Virus record (IMG/VR): IMGVR_UViG_3300030329_005082
Span: 96,001-160,000 of that record
From: a virus
DNA length: 64,000 nucleotides
Strand: one strand, 5' to 3'
The notes beneath the pieces are model-generated. The model ran no database searches, was not told the DNA's origin, and saw nothing but the letters and a program-made list of their open reading frames with translations. Positions within the stretch are counted from its first letter, which is position 1. Each line of letters starts with the position of its first letter. This document shows positions 29,943-40,639 of the stretch, in pieces. The translations under genes and the position numbers were made by a program.

Positions 29943-32900
29943 ATTCTAAGTAGCTCTTGTAGCCGACTTTTTTCTGCCGGTATAAGATCCTTTCTCTGGT
30001 TCCATAAATATTCTGCTATATCTGCTCTCCACGTTGCTGCAAGATTCTCTAAATCTCCGAATGTTTCTTCTAAGGTGGGTAAATTTCTTTCTTCTATTTC
30101 GTCTAACAATTTCAATGCCACATACGCCGGATAATGCACATCTCCTAAAGATGGAGTAACACCATCAGGTATATAAACCTCTAGTCTGTTTCTCAGATTT
30201 GCTATAGTTAGTTCCTCACCCGAAGCATATGAGAAATATAACATATCTGATATTATATCGCTGACCTGTTCTGGTAAATCATGGCTGCCATAGCGGGCGA
30301 AAAATTCTGGATATGTTCTTAACAATATAGAATAATGTTCTCTTTGTATTGTTGTTTCCAATACAACTATACGATCTTCTACTTCTTGTTTTGTAAAATA
30401 TGTAACGTCTACAAGGTCCCAGGTTTTTTCTGTTGCTGGGAAATTTTCTATTTCTTCTTGGTACTTTGTTACAACCTGTCCTGTTATATTACTCAACAAA
30501 GAGTCATCGGCGGCAGCTATTTCTATCTGGGTTTTAAAACGTCCAGATTTAAAGTTTTTAGTAATATCTACCACGCTATCAAATGTTACCAAATACAATC
30601 CAATAAAAGCTCCTATGGGAAAATAATAAGCTCCATATTCATACCCCCTTCGTGTCAGAAGTTTTTCTTCTCCAAATGTCGTAGTGAGAGCATTATCTAT
30701 GAACCGAATTGCTTTTCGTGCTTCTGACAACGTTAGTCCTAAATTATTATCATCCGAAAGAAGTCCTATTTTTAGTTCTTTGTAAAACTCTAACAAAGTA
30801 GTCTTATATCGTTCAAGTGTTACTGGAACAGAAGCGTCATAAGGCGATGTGGCGATGCTGCTTCGTATATCTTTTGATACAGTCTTGAGCATAGAGTTAT
30901 AAATTTTTCCCACAAGTTCCTTTATGAAATCTTTTGGTGTTTGGGAAGTAGAGAATTCTAAATTATTTTCTGGTACGTCACCAAAAACCTTCTGTACTAC
31001 CGACATCTTATCATATATTAAATAAGATAAATCTCTGTTTTCAAGTTCTTCATATGTTTTACGATACAGATAATCTGTGACAATCTTATTTGTAATAAAG
31101 CTATTCCAGTGAGGATATACTCTTGTCAAAGGATAGACGTTCATAAAGTAGTACTGTATCCTTGACTGAATGCATAAAACAATAGATTGAGCAATTTGAA
31201 CCTCTTCGTTTGTCACACACTTATCCTCGTTGACCATAAAGGGAGGCTTATTTGTGGATCTTATAAATGTTTGTAGTTTAGACTTTTTATCTGATCTGAT
31301 ATAGGAATCATTTATATTTTCGTCAATAAATTCAGTCCAATTAGCAACAGATACGGTACTTATTTCTCCCCCTTGATCGGACTGCTCTTGAGTAAATGGC
31401 GCGACGGTTCCGTCTTCTGCTTCCTCAGTGTCTTTAGATGTCCCAGATGGAACAGGAGCATTATCATGGTTTCCGATAATAGAGTTTGTCACTTCCCAAC
31501 TAATAGATCCCTGCATAATATCATTAATTAAATTTGTTACGGAAACATTACTTCTAGATGGCATAAGTTGTGTTTTTGCAGACAGTGACTGAGGCTCTTC
31601 ATTCACTGCGAACGGTCCATTTATCAAAGGCCCTCCTGTATTTTGTCCTCCAACATTTTTATCACCAATCCCAGACAAAAGTCGGTAATAATTAATGCCG
31701 GCAACCCCATCCTCTCGGTCACGGGGCTCTGGAATATACATTGCTAGAAGTTTTGATTTTATTTCAAACTGATCTTCGCCTGGTTGAACAGGTGCTGCTT
31801 TCCTAGTCTTTACATTTTTGAATATTCTAACTCCACCATCTTGAATATTATTTATAAACATTAAACATCTTGCATTTGATGTTGGAAAATCACTTATCCA
31901 CTGATCTGGTGGTATTACTTTCTTTTGTCTTTTCCAATATTCTTCTAGGTGTGTATGCAATCTTTTGTAAAGTTCCGGCAAATCATCATTCCAATTAGAT
32001 CGCTGCATAGTAATTGAAGTAAGTCCTTGACGAAGTATTGATGGAGATGTACGCACAGCATAAGAAGATTCTTTGTCATCAACGTCGGAGTGGATGTCCC
32101 AGCGACTAAACCAAGGATCAGATAATTTATCAGGCGGAGGATAAGGTAAATCAACTCGCGAGATTTTATGCCCTATCCGGCGGGAGGGTGCTGGGGCAAA
32201 ATAAATAAATTCTCCGTTCCTTTCTGCTGATCTTTGTTGGGCTATTATAACACGTCGTGAGATCAACATTCTAATTGAGTAAAAAAGATCCTGACCAAAC
32301 AATGTTGTATATAAGTTATATGTGGGGTCCTGAGAATTCTTGGCTTCTTCTTCAAATAATTTAGCCCACCACTCTGCAATTGATTGCCATAGTGCATTAC
32401 TGTATTTGGCAATTGTTTCAAGGAGTTCATTGTATCCATCCATGATTGGAATTGAATTTATTATCTCTTGTATTTGTCTTTCTATATTTTCTAATCCTCG
32501 TAACCAATCACACATGGCATTTATTTTTGCTATCTTATCATTTGCCAAACTCATATATTGAGACTCTAGTTGTTCTCTGCTAATTTCAAGACCTAGAGTG
32601 TCTAAATTTGGCTCGCGACCGGTGCAATATGCCTCTAGAGGCGAAAATGTAAATTTAGCTAATTCCTCAGCATTTTCATCGCGCATTTTATCCCCAAGCA
32701 ATATAAAAAACGTTTGAATTTTTTCTACTGAAAATTGTATATCCTCATATACTGTTGGATCAATTGTTCTTGTCTCGTTTTCTTCTTCCTCGGGGTCTGT
32801 ATTACTATCTGCGGGGAATGTGATTATTCCATTCTGCACGGTCTCTAATATTAATTCATAAAGAGTATTATCTCCGTCACCAAAAGTCAAACGATCAAGT

Positions 32901-35404
32901 TCACTTGGTGTACACATATAAGAAATATCTCTAATGAAAGTTTGGATCTGAGTAAGTGTGGGGTCATCTTTTTCATTTCTTCTGATATTATACAGGTCTG
33001 CTTCTTTTGCGACCTTTACTATATCAATATCACCCAAATATTCATTAAGATCTAAAAATCCGTAGCGAAGATCTTTTAGAGCATCTTCCAAAGTATCTTG
33101 ATCAGGACCATCAGGCCCACAACCTAAAGATGCTTTTATTATATCTTTGATAATACCCAGTGCAATACTTTGTATGAATCCTAAAATGATTTTTATAACC
33201 ATTTCCTCGTAGAGTTCTGTTTGCCTTTGGTGCTTTGATTTAGTAAACCTTTGTACACCTTTTGGCACCTTGAGATCAATAGTAAGGGGAAAGCCTATGC
33301 CAGGTGGTTTACCTGAAGCATCCAGTTCTGGTGACATATTTTTAGGGTCTAAAATTTGGGTCTCTATCACATTCCCCATTACATCTAGTCCGCAGAATAT
33401 TTCTTGGTTTATCTTTTTCTCTATTTCCCTAATAAATAGCCGAGGGTTATCGCCAGCCTGAATTGCTTGAGAAAGGTAGGCTTTAGACACTTGGTCTTTA
33501 ATTAGTTCGTCTCTTGCTAGTAGAATAGCCTGACGAAGAAGTGTTCTCATCTTTGCTTTACCAGAAATGTTTTGCCAGAATCGCAGGACATCTCCGAGAG
33601 CTTGAGCTTGGGCTGTGTTACAATCACCACCCCCCATGTCACTCAAAATCGTAGTTATTTGATAGTATGGGTATTTGGTTTTGTTTCTTCTTTTGAGATT
33701 TTCCAACATTTTATCTCCCTCTTTATTGAGGTTGATTATTTTAGTATAAAGTTTCTGTCTCCTTTGTAATCTAAAATTCAATAACGATTCTTCTGCTTTT
33801 TCTCTAATTTTATCTGGTGAAAGTTCCACTGATGGGTAGATATATTCATCAAAGAAATCAGGCCATGGCTTTCTTGATTCTTCTGCCCTTAAAGACTCAT
33901 CGGAATAAATTTCATAACTATTATTAATGAGACTGAATGTTGTAGGACTTAGCAGAGAGAATGCATTAAGAATCTTCCTGGGAAGATTTTCATTTTCTAA
34001 CACACTATAGAATGTTTTATTTCCTATACCTCGTGTCATAATAAATCCATTTACTACAAAATATTTCAACTTGTAATCTTCAGAGAAAACAAACTCAACT
34101 ACATCGTCATCATCTAGAGCAAATTTGTTGTAAATATAGGCCAGCGACAACATGTCAATAAAAGAATCTAAACGAGTGGCTTCTTGATCTAAATTTATAC
34201 CCTGTATGTCTTCGGGTTTTATTCCTTCATTTTTTAGTTGAATTGAATATTCCCTGATTGAAGAAACAACCCTTGGAATATAGCGGATTAGATTTGCTAC
34301 TCTTACAGACTTTTTGTGAACAGGTGGAGACTGTTCTGGATTTGTAAGAATTTGTGCTTTTTCCAGAGGAGTTTTTTCAAACTCGTCGTATGCTACTGCG
34401 GGTCCGCCGCCGGAACTTAAAGAATTTACCACACTTCTTTTAACTCTTATGGCGTGTACCCAGCGAGAACCAGGGCGTACATCTAAGTGTGTTAAAAAAT
34501 TGATATCCTCAGAATTTAAACCCACATCTATAAGTCTTTGTAGATTATCTGTAGAATATTTTCCAGTGAATTTTAGTATCCCTGAGAGTCCATCAATCAC
34601 CGCTTGTCCAAGTACTCTGGATGCTTCGGGAGTCCTGTTCCAATAAGACTTGTCAAAATATTGTGTGGAAGCTATATCTGTCCTTGTTGTAAAATAGAAT
34701 TTATCATCAACAGTGTTGTAATATACCTTATTTGTATCTGTCCCTGGTCCGCAATTGGCCCTCCAATCATAAATATCAACATTATTGTCGCTATTGACGA
34801 ATGAGGTAGCGACAGTAGACATGGAAAAATTTTCAATACTTTCAAACGAATCTAGACTTACTTGGTTTTGCAAATCAGCAGAGGATCTCATAAGAGTAAG
34901 ATATTCGTTTGAATGCAGAGAAGGAAAAGCAACCAAGCGAGAAACAAGCCCGGAAGGGCCTGTGTTGTTGACATTTTCTGGAAGCAGAGAAGAAGGTGTT
35001 GAATTAGAGGTATAGTTATCAATCTTACCAAGGCGCTCCAGCCTTGATACTAAGGTAGATAATTCTTCATGAGATTTTTCTCCACTTGGCATCTCTAATT
35101 TTATTTTACTACCATCTGGAACTATTACACTATTTTGAGGATATAAAACATTATAAGCCTCTAGATCAATTTTTAAAATTTCTAGATTTGGTGTATCTTT
35201 TTCAATTCTTAGGGCTTGCAAATCTTCTACACTGAGTTTTAGTTGATACCCTTGCGGTAAGAATGTGTAATAATTTACACAAACATCATGAATGACATCT
35301 ATTACAAATTTGTTTCTATAATCACTGAAATCGTATTCTATATGATCTCCCCACACAGCGGCAAAAGGATTTATAATATTTTTCTGTTGCTTATTTATTA
35401 TCAT
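29939..35404 (-). CDS. Hypothetical 1821-aa protein, probably virion/baseplate
   Basis: Long ORF between the gp5-like and gp25-like genes; helix-rich central part. Confidence 0.7.
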   Translation of the reverse strand: MIINKQQKNIINPFAAVWGDHIEYDFSDYRNKFVIDVIHDVCVNYYTFLPQGYQLKLSVEDLQALRIEKDTPNLEILKIDLEAYNVLYPQNSVIVPDGSKIKLEMPSGEKSHEELSTLVSRLERLGKIDNYTSNSTPSSLLPENVNNTGPSGLVSRLVAFPSLHSNEYLTLMRSSADLQNQVSLDSFESIENFSMSTVATSFVNSDNNVDIYDWRANCGPGTDTNKVYYNTVDDKFYFTTRTDIASTQYFDKSYWNRTPEASRVLGQAVIDGLSGILKFTGKYSTDNLQRLIDVGLNSEDINFLTHLDVRPGSRWVHAIRVKRSVVNSLSSGGGPAVAYDEFEKTPLEKAQILTNPEQSPPVHKKSVRVANLIRYIPRVVSSIREYSIQLKNEGIKPEDIQGINLDQEATRLDSFIDMLSLAYIYNKFALDDDDVVEFVFSEDYKLKYFVVNGFIMTRGIGNKTFYSVLENENLPRKILNAFSLLSPTTFSLINNSYEIYSDESLRAEESRKPWPDFFDEYIYPSVELSPDKIREKAEESLLNFRLQRRQKLYTKIINLNKEGDKMLENLKRRNKTKYPYYQITTILSDMGGGDCNTAQAQALGDVLRFWQNISGKAKMRTLLRQAILLARDELIKDQVSKAYLSQAIQAGDNPRLFIREIEKKINQEIFCGLDVMGNVIETQILDPKNMSPELDASGKPPGIGFPLTIDLKVPKGVQRFTKSKHQRQTELYEEMVIKIILGFIQSIALGIIKDIIKASLGCGPDGPDQDTLEDALKDLRYGFLDLNEYLGDIDIVKVAKEADLYNIRRNEKDDPTLTQIQTFIRDISYMCTPSELDRLTFGDGDNTLYELILETVQNGIITFPADSNTDPEEEENETRTIDPTVYEDIQFSVEKIQTFFILLGDKMRDENAEELAKFTFSPLEAYCTGREPNLDTLGLEISREQLESQYMSLANDKIAKINAMCDWLRGLENIERQIQEIINSIPIMDGYNELLETIAKYSNALWQSIAEWWAKLFEEEAKNSQDPTYNLYTTLFGQDLFYSIRMLISRRVIIAQQRSAERNGEFIYFAPAPSRRIGHKISRVDLPYPPPDKLSDPWFSRWDIHSDVDDKESSYAVRTSPSILRQGLTSITMQRSNWNDDLPELYKRLHTHLEEYWKRQKKVIPPDQWISDFPTSNARCLMFINNIQDGGVRIFKNVKTRKAAPVQPGEDQFEIKSKLLAMYIPEPRDREDGVAGINYYRLLSGIGDKNVGGQNTGGPLINGPFAVNEEPQSLSAKTQLMPSRSNVSVTNLINDIMQGSISWEVTNSIIGNHDNAPVPSGTSKDTEEAEDGTVAPFTQEQSDQGGEISTVSVANWTEFIDENINDSYIRSDKKSKLQTFIRSTNKPPFMVNEDKCVTNEEVQIAQSIVLCIQSRIQYYFMNVYPLTRVYPHWNSFITNKIVTDYLYRKTYEELENRDLSYLIYDKMSVVQKVFGDVPENNLEFSTSQTPKDFIKELVGKIYNSMLKTVSKDIRSSIATSPYDASVPVTLERYKTTLLEFYKELKIGLLSDDNNLGLTLSEARKAIRFIDNALTTTFGEEKLLTRRGYEYGAYYFPIGAFIGLYLVTFDSVVDITKNFKSGRFKTQIEIAAADDSLLSNITGQVVTKYQEEIENFPATEKTWDLVDVTYFTKQEVEDRIVVLETTIQREHYSILLRTYPEFFARYGSHDLPEQVSDIISDMLYFSYASGEELTIANLRNRLEVYIPDGVTPSLGDVHYPAYVALKLLDEIEERNLPTLEETFGDLENLAATWRADIAEYLWNQRKDLIPAEKSRLQELLRI
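29947..29952 (-). promoter_or_regulatory. Putative late-promoter box, 4 nt before ATG (leaderless)
   Basis: TACTTA-GAAT-ATG; no SD. Confidence 0.55.
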
Positions 35405-35409
35405 AATTT

Positions 35410-36330
35410 TTAGTTCGTAGTATTAAATTTACTCTTGAAATTATAAAATGCAAAAGGGTTTCTATCCGAGAAATTAAGCTTATGAAACACACTCTTGAGA
35501 GTCCACACATTCATTCTAATTACGTGCGGCACTAAGGAAATCATCATTCCTGCTAATTTTGTTTGGGCTGGAGCAGAAACCACAGGCACCTTAGATTGAG
35601 AAGCCATATATGTCAAAAGAAGTTTTAGCTGAAAATCTAAGAACCCTAAAAGCTCCGAGGTTAGTTCTTGTTGTCTTACCAAGAGTGTATATAAATCATC
35701 ACCCTTTACCAAAGGTTGTAAGCCCCTATCGTCGTTACCGGCGATCAAATCAATGCCGCGGACCTGTTGTCCAATAAACCAGCCAGATCCAGCAGCGTAC
35801 TTATCAGTACCAGTTACAATTTTCACACCTTGTCTTCCAACAATCCTAACAGAATCTGATTTGATAACAATCGCTGGCTCGTTTTTTACATAGCCCACTT
35901 TCCCCTCAACAATTCCAAAATACTCATCGGAATCAATGTTTGATGCCTGTTGTGTCATGTATATTCTTGATGAATCCATATAAGTACTTGGATCAGTTGC
36001 AATTGGATTACCTTCTGCATCTGTCTCTTTTGCACAAACGCCGTTTATACCAGCGATTAAATCTATTCTTGCTACATTTGTCCAGCGACCAACTGCTCCA
36101 AGCCCCTGGGCTCTGGTTCCTGGCCTATCTCGTCCAATAATGATTGCAGCATTAGATTCTCCATCAATGACTTTCTCGGCAGGAGTGACGGTCAATTGGG
36201 GCTTTGCTGCCAACATTGGACCATTACCAAACCCAGAGGAGTGAGCCTCAATCTCTCCAGGGTTTTGCTTTAGCCTTCTTTCTTTTGTGGCATCTAAAAA
36301 TGTATCTGCTATTGTTGGTCTTCTAGGCAT
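35410..36330 (-). CDS. Baseplate hub/spike (gp5/gp138-like) protein
   Basis: IIIGRDR, IDLIAG (twice), IVIKSDSVRIVGR, QPLVKGD motifs typical of spike beta-helix proteins. Confidence 0.65.
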   Translation of the reverse strand: MPRRPTIADTFLDATKERRLKQNPGEIEAHSSGFGNGPMLAAKPQLTVTPAEKVIDGESNAAIIIGRDRPGTRAQGLGAVGRWTNVARIDLIAGINGVCAKETDAEGNPIATDPSTYMDSSRIYMTQQASNIDSDEYFGIVEGKVGYVKNEPAIVIKSDSVRIVGRQGVKIVTGTDKYAAGSGWFIGQQVRGIDLIAGNDDRGLQPLVKGDDLYTLLVRQQELTSELLGFLDFQLKLLLTYMASQSKVPVVSAPAQTKLAGMMISLVPHVIRMNVWTLKSVFHKLNFSDRNPFAFYNFKSKFNTTN

Positions 36331-36336
36331 CTTTTA

Positions 36337-37479
36337 TTACTTCTTTACAAATAGATTGGGGAAAAAATCTGTTTCAGGGTCAGCATGAGTGCCAAATTGT
36401 GAAACCTGTCCGCCCGTTTGCCAGGACGGATCATTATCATACACTACACCAAAATGTAGATGAGCAGGTCCTGCACCGGAGTCTCCCGATAAAGCTATTT
36501 GATCTCCTGCTTTTACTGTTTTTCCTGAACCAAACTTGTTAGCAGCTATTACAGAGTCTTTTGTAAGGTGCATATAAAGAGTATAAAAAGTACTATTTGG
36601 AGTATCAGCTTTATATGCTGTGTGCTTAATGACGGCATAATACCCTGCACCGTGAGTTTCTGGATTTCGCGATTGAGCGGCTGCAATAAGCTCGCCATCC
36701 AAAACTGCATAAACTTTTTGTCCAACCCCAGCCCTTAAGTCTATTCCAGCATGGTTTGCTGAACCTCCTGGGGGTGGGTTTCTTGATCCAAAGGGTGAGG
36801 TTATATGCCCTAAAGCTTCTGTGTTTGTAGTTGGGCGCGCTGTTAAAGGCCCTCTTGGTGAAACTCCTGTAGTTGACTTTGGTATTGACGTCTGTTTTAT
36901 GGGTCTACCGCGGGAACCTCTGGAAGCTGCACATGCCTTTTTGACCGTTGATTTCTTTGCTGATCCACTATTAGGCATTGGAACTTCGCAGTTTTCGGAA
37001 GAATCGGTCCAATCAGGGCTATTATTAATTATTTTAATAATTGTCGCGCCGATTTCGGCAGTAAAACAAGTACTAGGGTTGTTGATTCTTATTTGTACTT
37101 TAGCACCAGCAACAAGTTCTGTTCCTCCTAAAGACTCATCAATATCGCAAGTGATTTGGGGTAAATCAACTGCATTATCTTTAGCACTCAGAGGCTTAGG
37201 ACAAATATAACTTCTAGGATCTTCTTCAACCCTTACTTTATATTTTACATGTTTAAACTTATCTGATTGGAAAAATTCAAAGTTACCAATCTTTTCGTAC
37301 CAAGTGGGTAAACGGAGAGCACCAGTCAACACCTTAGCTGTAACAACTTGGTTTTCTTTATATGTGCTCTTTCTTGCGATAAGTTTTCGGTTATTTTGCT
37401 TAAGCAAACCATCAACGCCATCAGAAGGACGCCAAGAAGTCTGAGTCAAATCAACTGGTTTATTATCAGAATCTGCCAT
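36337..37479 (-). CDS. M23 peptidoglycan endopeptidase with N-terminal extension (tail-associated lysin candidate)
   Basis: ITSPFGSR, HAGIDL (HxxxD), YMHL, GDSG..AHLHF (HxH). Confidence 0.85.
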   Translation of the reverse strand: MADSDNKPVDLTQTSWRPSDGVDGLLKQNNRKLIARKSTYKENQVVTAKVLTGALRLPTWYEKIGNFEFFQSDKFKHVKYKVRVEEDPRSYICPKPLSAKDNAVDLPQITCDIDESLGGTELVAGAKVQIRINNPSTCFTAEIGATIIKIINNSPDWTDSSENCEVPMPNSGSAKKSTVKKACAASRGSRGRPIKQTSIPKSTTGVSPRGPLTARPTTNTEALGHITSPFGSRNPPPGGSANHAGIDLRAGVGQKVYAVLDGELIAAAQSRNPETHGAGYYAVIKHTAYKADTPNSTFYTLYMHLTKDSVIAANKFGSGKTVKAGDQIALSGDSGAGPAHLHFGVVYDNDPSWQTGGQVSQFGTHADPETDFFPNLFVKK

Positions 37480-37484
37480 TTCTA

Positions 37485-37775
37485 TTACTCCTTATTGAGC
37501 ATATCAAACAACTGATTCTTGTCTGCTTCGGATAGACCGTCTTGCTTCGTTGCTGCATCCTTTTTATAAACCAAGGTTGCCAACTTGACAAGTTGTTCAT
37601 TACTTCTCTGAAGTGTTTCTACAAATTTGGCTGCAACGGGACCGCTATCAGAGTAACGATCTGCCGAAACAACCATATATTCTTTAAGGTTAGAAAGCAA
37701 GTCTTCAGTGACTTGACGATCCTTATTTATATTATCTAGAGCTTGCTCTATTAGTGATTCTAAGTTCTTTTTCAT
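37485..37775 (-). CDS. Hypothetical 96-aa helical protein
   Basis: Clean ORF; conserved-looking KFVETLQRSNEQLVKLA. Confidence 0.7.
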   Translation of the reverse strand: MKKNLESLIEQALDNINKDRQVTEDLLSNLKEYMVVSADRYSDSGPVAAKFVETLQRSNEQLVKLATLVYKKDAATKQDGLSEADKNQLFDMLNKE

Positions 37776-37779
37776 ACAA

Positions 37780-37785
37780 TAAATA
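37780..37785 (-). promoter_or_regulatory. Putative late-promoter box, 4 nt before ATG (leaderless)
   Basis: CTATTTA-TTGT-ATG; no SD. Confidence 0.55.
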
Positions 37786-37790
37786 GGAAG

Positions 37791-38480
37791 TCACTTAATT
37801 TCTCCTTCGTTCCACTTACTCTTGAAAACTCTGAACTTCTCTCTCATCTTGTTTAGACAACTGACTATTTGTTTTGTATTCAGACCTGTAATCTCTCTCA
37901 TATACAGATATATTGCCTTTTTGTTGAAAATTTCTATTTGGTCCACGTTATTCATAAGGGTCAAAATTGCATTTAGGACTTTTTCCTCATTGGGTTTTAG
38001 GTTTGGGTTGTGCCAGCTTTTTATTTCTACCAACAAAAAGTGCCAAAATTCTCTCTCTTCTTGTTCATCAAACAGATCTTCATTTTCGCCGTTAGATACA
38101 GCCTCAATCTCACGAATCATTGAATCGTATTCAATCTCGCGACGGTTCTTTTTGGTCTGTTGTTTAGCTTTGTGAGTGAACCAGTTTTTTGTGACTACTG
38201 AAAAATAGGAAAATGCTTTTGTGCCCTGGGTTGGGTCAAATTTGCCGAGGATTGTTGTCAACCAGATTTTACAATCTTCCTTGAGATAATCAATATTCTC
38301 TAGAGAAGTAAACTTATAAGTATAAACAATCTTAGTCACAAGTTCGTCAAAAGCTGGTTGGATATGTTCTACATATAGTTCTGTTCTTTTAGATAAGCTA
38401 TCAGTGGCACAATAATCAATAATTGCCTGTTCTGTAACTTTTGTAAAATAATGATTTTTCTTTTTAGCTTTTCTAGCCAT
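37791..38480 (-). CDS. Phage sigma-factor-like protein (gp55/sigma70 region-2-like)
   Basis: KFDPTQGTKAFSYFSVVTKNW resembles sigma region 2.3-2.4; C-terminal helical NKKAIYLYMREITGL; start moved to ATG 38480 after GGAGAGG. Confidence 0.65.
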   Translation of the reverse strand: MARKAKKKNHYFTKVTEQAIIDYCATDSLSKRTELYVEHIQPAFDELVTKIVYTYKFTSLENIDYLKEDCKIWLTTILGKFDPTQGTKAFSYFSVVTKNWFTHKAKQQTKKNRREIEYDSMIREIEAVSNGENEDLFDEQEEREFWHFLLVEIKSWHNPNLKPNEEKVLNAILTLMNNVDQIEIFNKKAIYLYMREITGLNTKQIVSCLNKMREKFRVFKSKWNEGEIK

Positions 38481-38769
38481 CATCCTCTCCATATAACATG
38501 CTGGTGTTTATTTGGATGAAATCCTCCACATCACCACTCAAGTCTCTTGTGTGTTCTAAGAGTCCCTGCAAGGTTTGATCGCCATAAAATGTTTCTAACC
38601 CATATACTCTGGTTAGATGTTCTTTATAAGAGTCAATTGCGTCTTGTAGTGAGTTGACATCATCTGTTGTCATTTTTACAAATTTTATTAGATTCCGGCA
38701 ATACCAGATTAAAAAACCGTTAGACAATAATGAGAGAACTAAGAGCGAAACAAGAATTATATCCGTCAT
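38473..38769 (-). CDS. Small membrane-anchored coiled-coil protein
   Basis: Hydrophobic residues 4-22 followed by an amphipathic helix. Confidence 0.65.
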   Translation of the reverse strand: MTDIILVSLLVLSLLSNGFLIWYCRNLIKFVKMTTDDVNSLQDAIDSYKEHLTRVYGLETFYGDQTLQGLLEHTRDLSGDVEDFIQINTSMLYGEDDG

Positions 38770-39029
38770 TCTGTTCTCGCTTTTTGTGTTAATTCTTCTT
38801 TTGTTTTCATTAGTTCTTCTTTCCCGTCTTGAATTGCTTCGTGAACTTCTGTTCCAACTTTTTTATCTTTCACAATATTGGATTTTTTAACTACAGAAAT
38901 AGCATTTCCTAGATGTTTTTTTATTGCCGTTGATTCACAGTGAATGCAAATTATGCCCTCTTCCTTATATCGGTGCCTAATCTCAAATTCTTTATTGCAA
39001 TCTTGACACAGATAGTGATAAAGTGGCAT
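38766..39029 (-). CDS. FmdB-family zinc-ribbon protein
   Basis: MPLYHYLCQDC...CIHC. Confidence 0.8.
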   Translation of the reverse strand: MPLYHYLCQDCNKEFEIRHRYKEEGIICIHCESTAIKKHLGNAISVVKKSNIVKDKKVGTEVHEAIQDGKEELMKTKEELTQKARTE

Positions 39030-39220
39030 TATTCTATTTCAAACTTATTTTCTTCATTCGTATTTCCGATTGAAATTGTTGGAGGATTCTCTACATAGAC
39101 TAGACCATCCTTAACTGTCAAGTTCCAATCAGACAACAATTCTGTAATATCTATTTCTTCAGCTAAGCATTTCTGCAAAGTCATCAAAAGTGCGCCAATT
39201 GCTTGAGGTGATAATTTCAT
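39029..39220 (-). CDS. Hypothetical 63-aa protein
   Basis: AGGAG SD; stop overlaps the next start. Confidence 0.7.
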   Translation of the reverse strand: MKLSPQAIGALLMTLQKCLAEEIDITELLSDWNLTVKDGLVYVENPPTISIGNTNEENKFEIE

Positions 39221-39247
39221 TTTATTCTCCTAATAATATTATCTAAT

Positions 39248-39898
39248 TTACTTTTTCACAGTAACAAAATATTCCCTATGTGGAGTATCTAATGACACCA
39301 ACCCATCACCGTACCCACACAAATTTCCTGTTTCTATTTCAATATCCATTGATTTATCAAAATATGATGTTAGTTCATCTATTGAATATAAGTTTACAAA
39401 AGGTGAACTTGTATAATAATCATTAGTATCTGTTGGAAATTGTATATACATCTTCCCGCCAGGTTTTAAAAAATCATACAATTGATTTATTAATGTTTTA
39501 TGATCCTTTTTGTTGATGTGTTGGAAAACCATCAATGAATATATGAAATCAACAGATTCTTTTTCCATATCAGGGATTACTATCCCATCAGTCTTTATTT
39601 TTTTGATTGGTTCTGTAATTTTGTCTAAATACGATTGACAGACGTCAACACCGATCTTGTTCTCATGAGGCACATTTATATGCTTTAGCACCCTGGCTAC
39701 ACCACAGCCAAATTCTAATACAGTTGCATTGTTTGAAAATAGCCCGCTATTATTTAACTTCTCGGACTCTAGTACACCCTCATTGTAAAATTCTAAGTCA
39801 CTTCTTTTGGGAAGGATATACTCTCTCCAATTATCTTGCAGAGAATGAAACTCCCAAAATTCATGATAATGGCTCATAATATTACTAGTTTCTTTCAA
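39248..39898 (-). CDS. Class I SAM-dependent methyltransferase
   Basis: VLEFGCGVAR motif I; VDFIYSLMVFQHI; LKPGG. Confidence 0.85.
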   Translation of the reverse strand: MKETSNIMSHYHEFWEFHSLQDNWREYILPKRSDLEFYNEGVLESEKLNNSGLFSNNATVLEFGCGVARVLKHINVPHENKIGVDVCQSYLDKITEPIKKIKTDGIVIPDMEKESVDFIYSLMVFQHINKKDHKTLINQLYDFLKPGGKMYIQFPTDTNDYYTSSPFVNLYSIDELTSYFDKSMDIEIETGNLCGYGDGLVSLDTPHREYFVTVKK

Positions 39899-39925
39899 TC
39901 TTCATCCCATCCTAATATAAGTATA

Positions 39926-40639
39926 TTATAAAGGTAATCCTTTTTTAAATCTTTCTTCCCATAAAATCAAATCTCTTTCAAAATCTGACTTGGTATGTAC
40001 TGCTTTTCCCTTGCGAGCTAGCCATTTAGCGGAATACATGGGAAAATGATTTGCATAATAATCACAAGTTTCTTCCCACTGGTCTATTGAGATGGATTTA
40101 CCATAATGTCTCACAGACCCTTCGTCTAGGATCCTAAACGATTTTAGACTACATTCCCTTTGGTCTAGTCCGTGGTACCCTGTAGTTGCTCCGTACCTAA
40201 AAGCAAACAGGATTGATCTATATTCTGGACCTATCCATTTTCTTTCTGTATATTTCTTGTCTATATCTTCTTCTGTGATATAGAAATCAAATAATCTCAT
40301 TCTTACAGCGTCTAAATTGTTATTTAGTTTTCCCCAATCAAACTCTATACGCTCATCGGCATCCATATAAACAAACCAATCATTTTCTGATAGGTGTTTT
40401 GATGCTTCTGTATAGACGGCATGTCTGTTTTGAAATTCTGCACGGGCTCGGAATTGATCCCAGGACTGACCTTCAATTACCGACGTCACTATTGGGTGGT
40501 TTTTACAAATCTCAACTGTGTTGTCTACTGAAAAATCATCATATACAAAAACTTGTTCGCAAAACTCTGCCATATGATCCAGGGTTTCCTGCATAATCTC
40601 TGATTCGTTCCGAACTCTTGTCAACCCGACGATTTTCAT
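39926..40639 (-). CDS. Glycosyltransferase family 2 (GT-A)
   Basis: TRVRNE, YDDFSVDNT, YMDADE (DxD). Confidence 0.85.
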   Translation of the reverse strand: MKIVGLTRVRNESEIMQETLDHMAEFCEQVFVYDDFSVDNTVEICKNHPIVTSVIEGQSWDQFRARAEFQNRHAVYTEASKHLSENDWFVYMDADERIEFDWGKLNNNLDAVRMRLFDFYITEEDIDKKYTERKWIGPEYRSILFAFRYGATTGYHGLDQRECSLKSFRILDEGSVRHYGKSISIDQWEETCDYYANHFPMYSAKWLARKGKAVHTKSDFERDLILWEERFKKGLPL

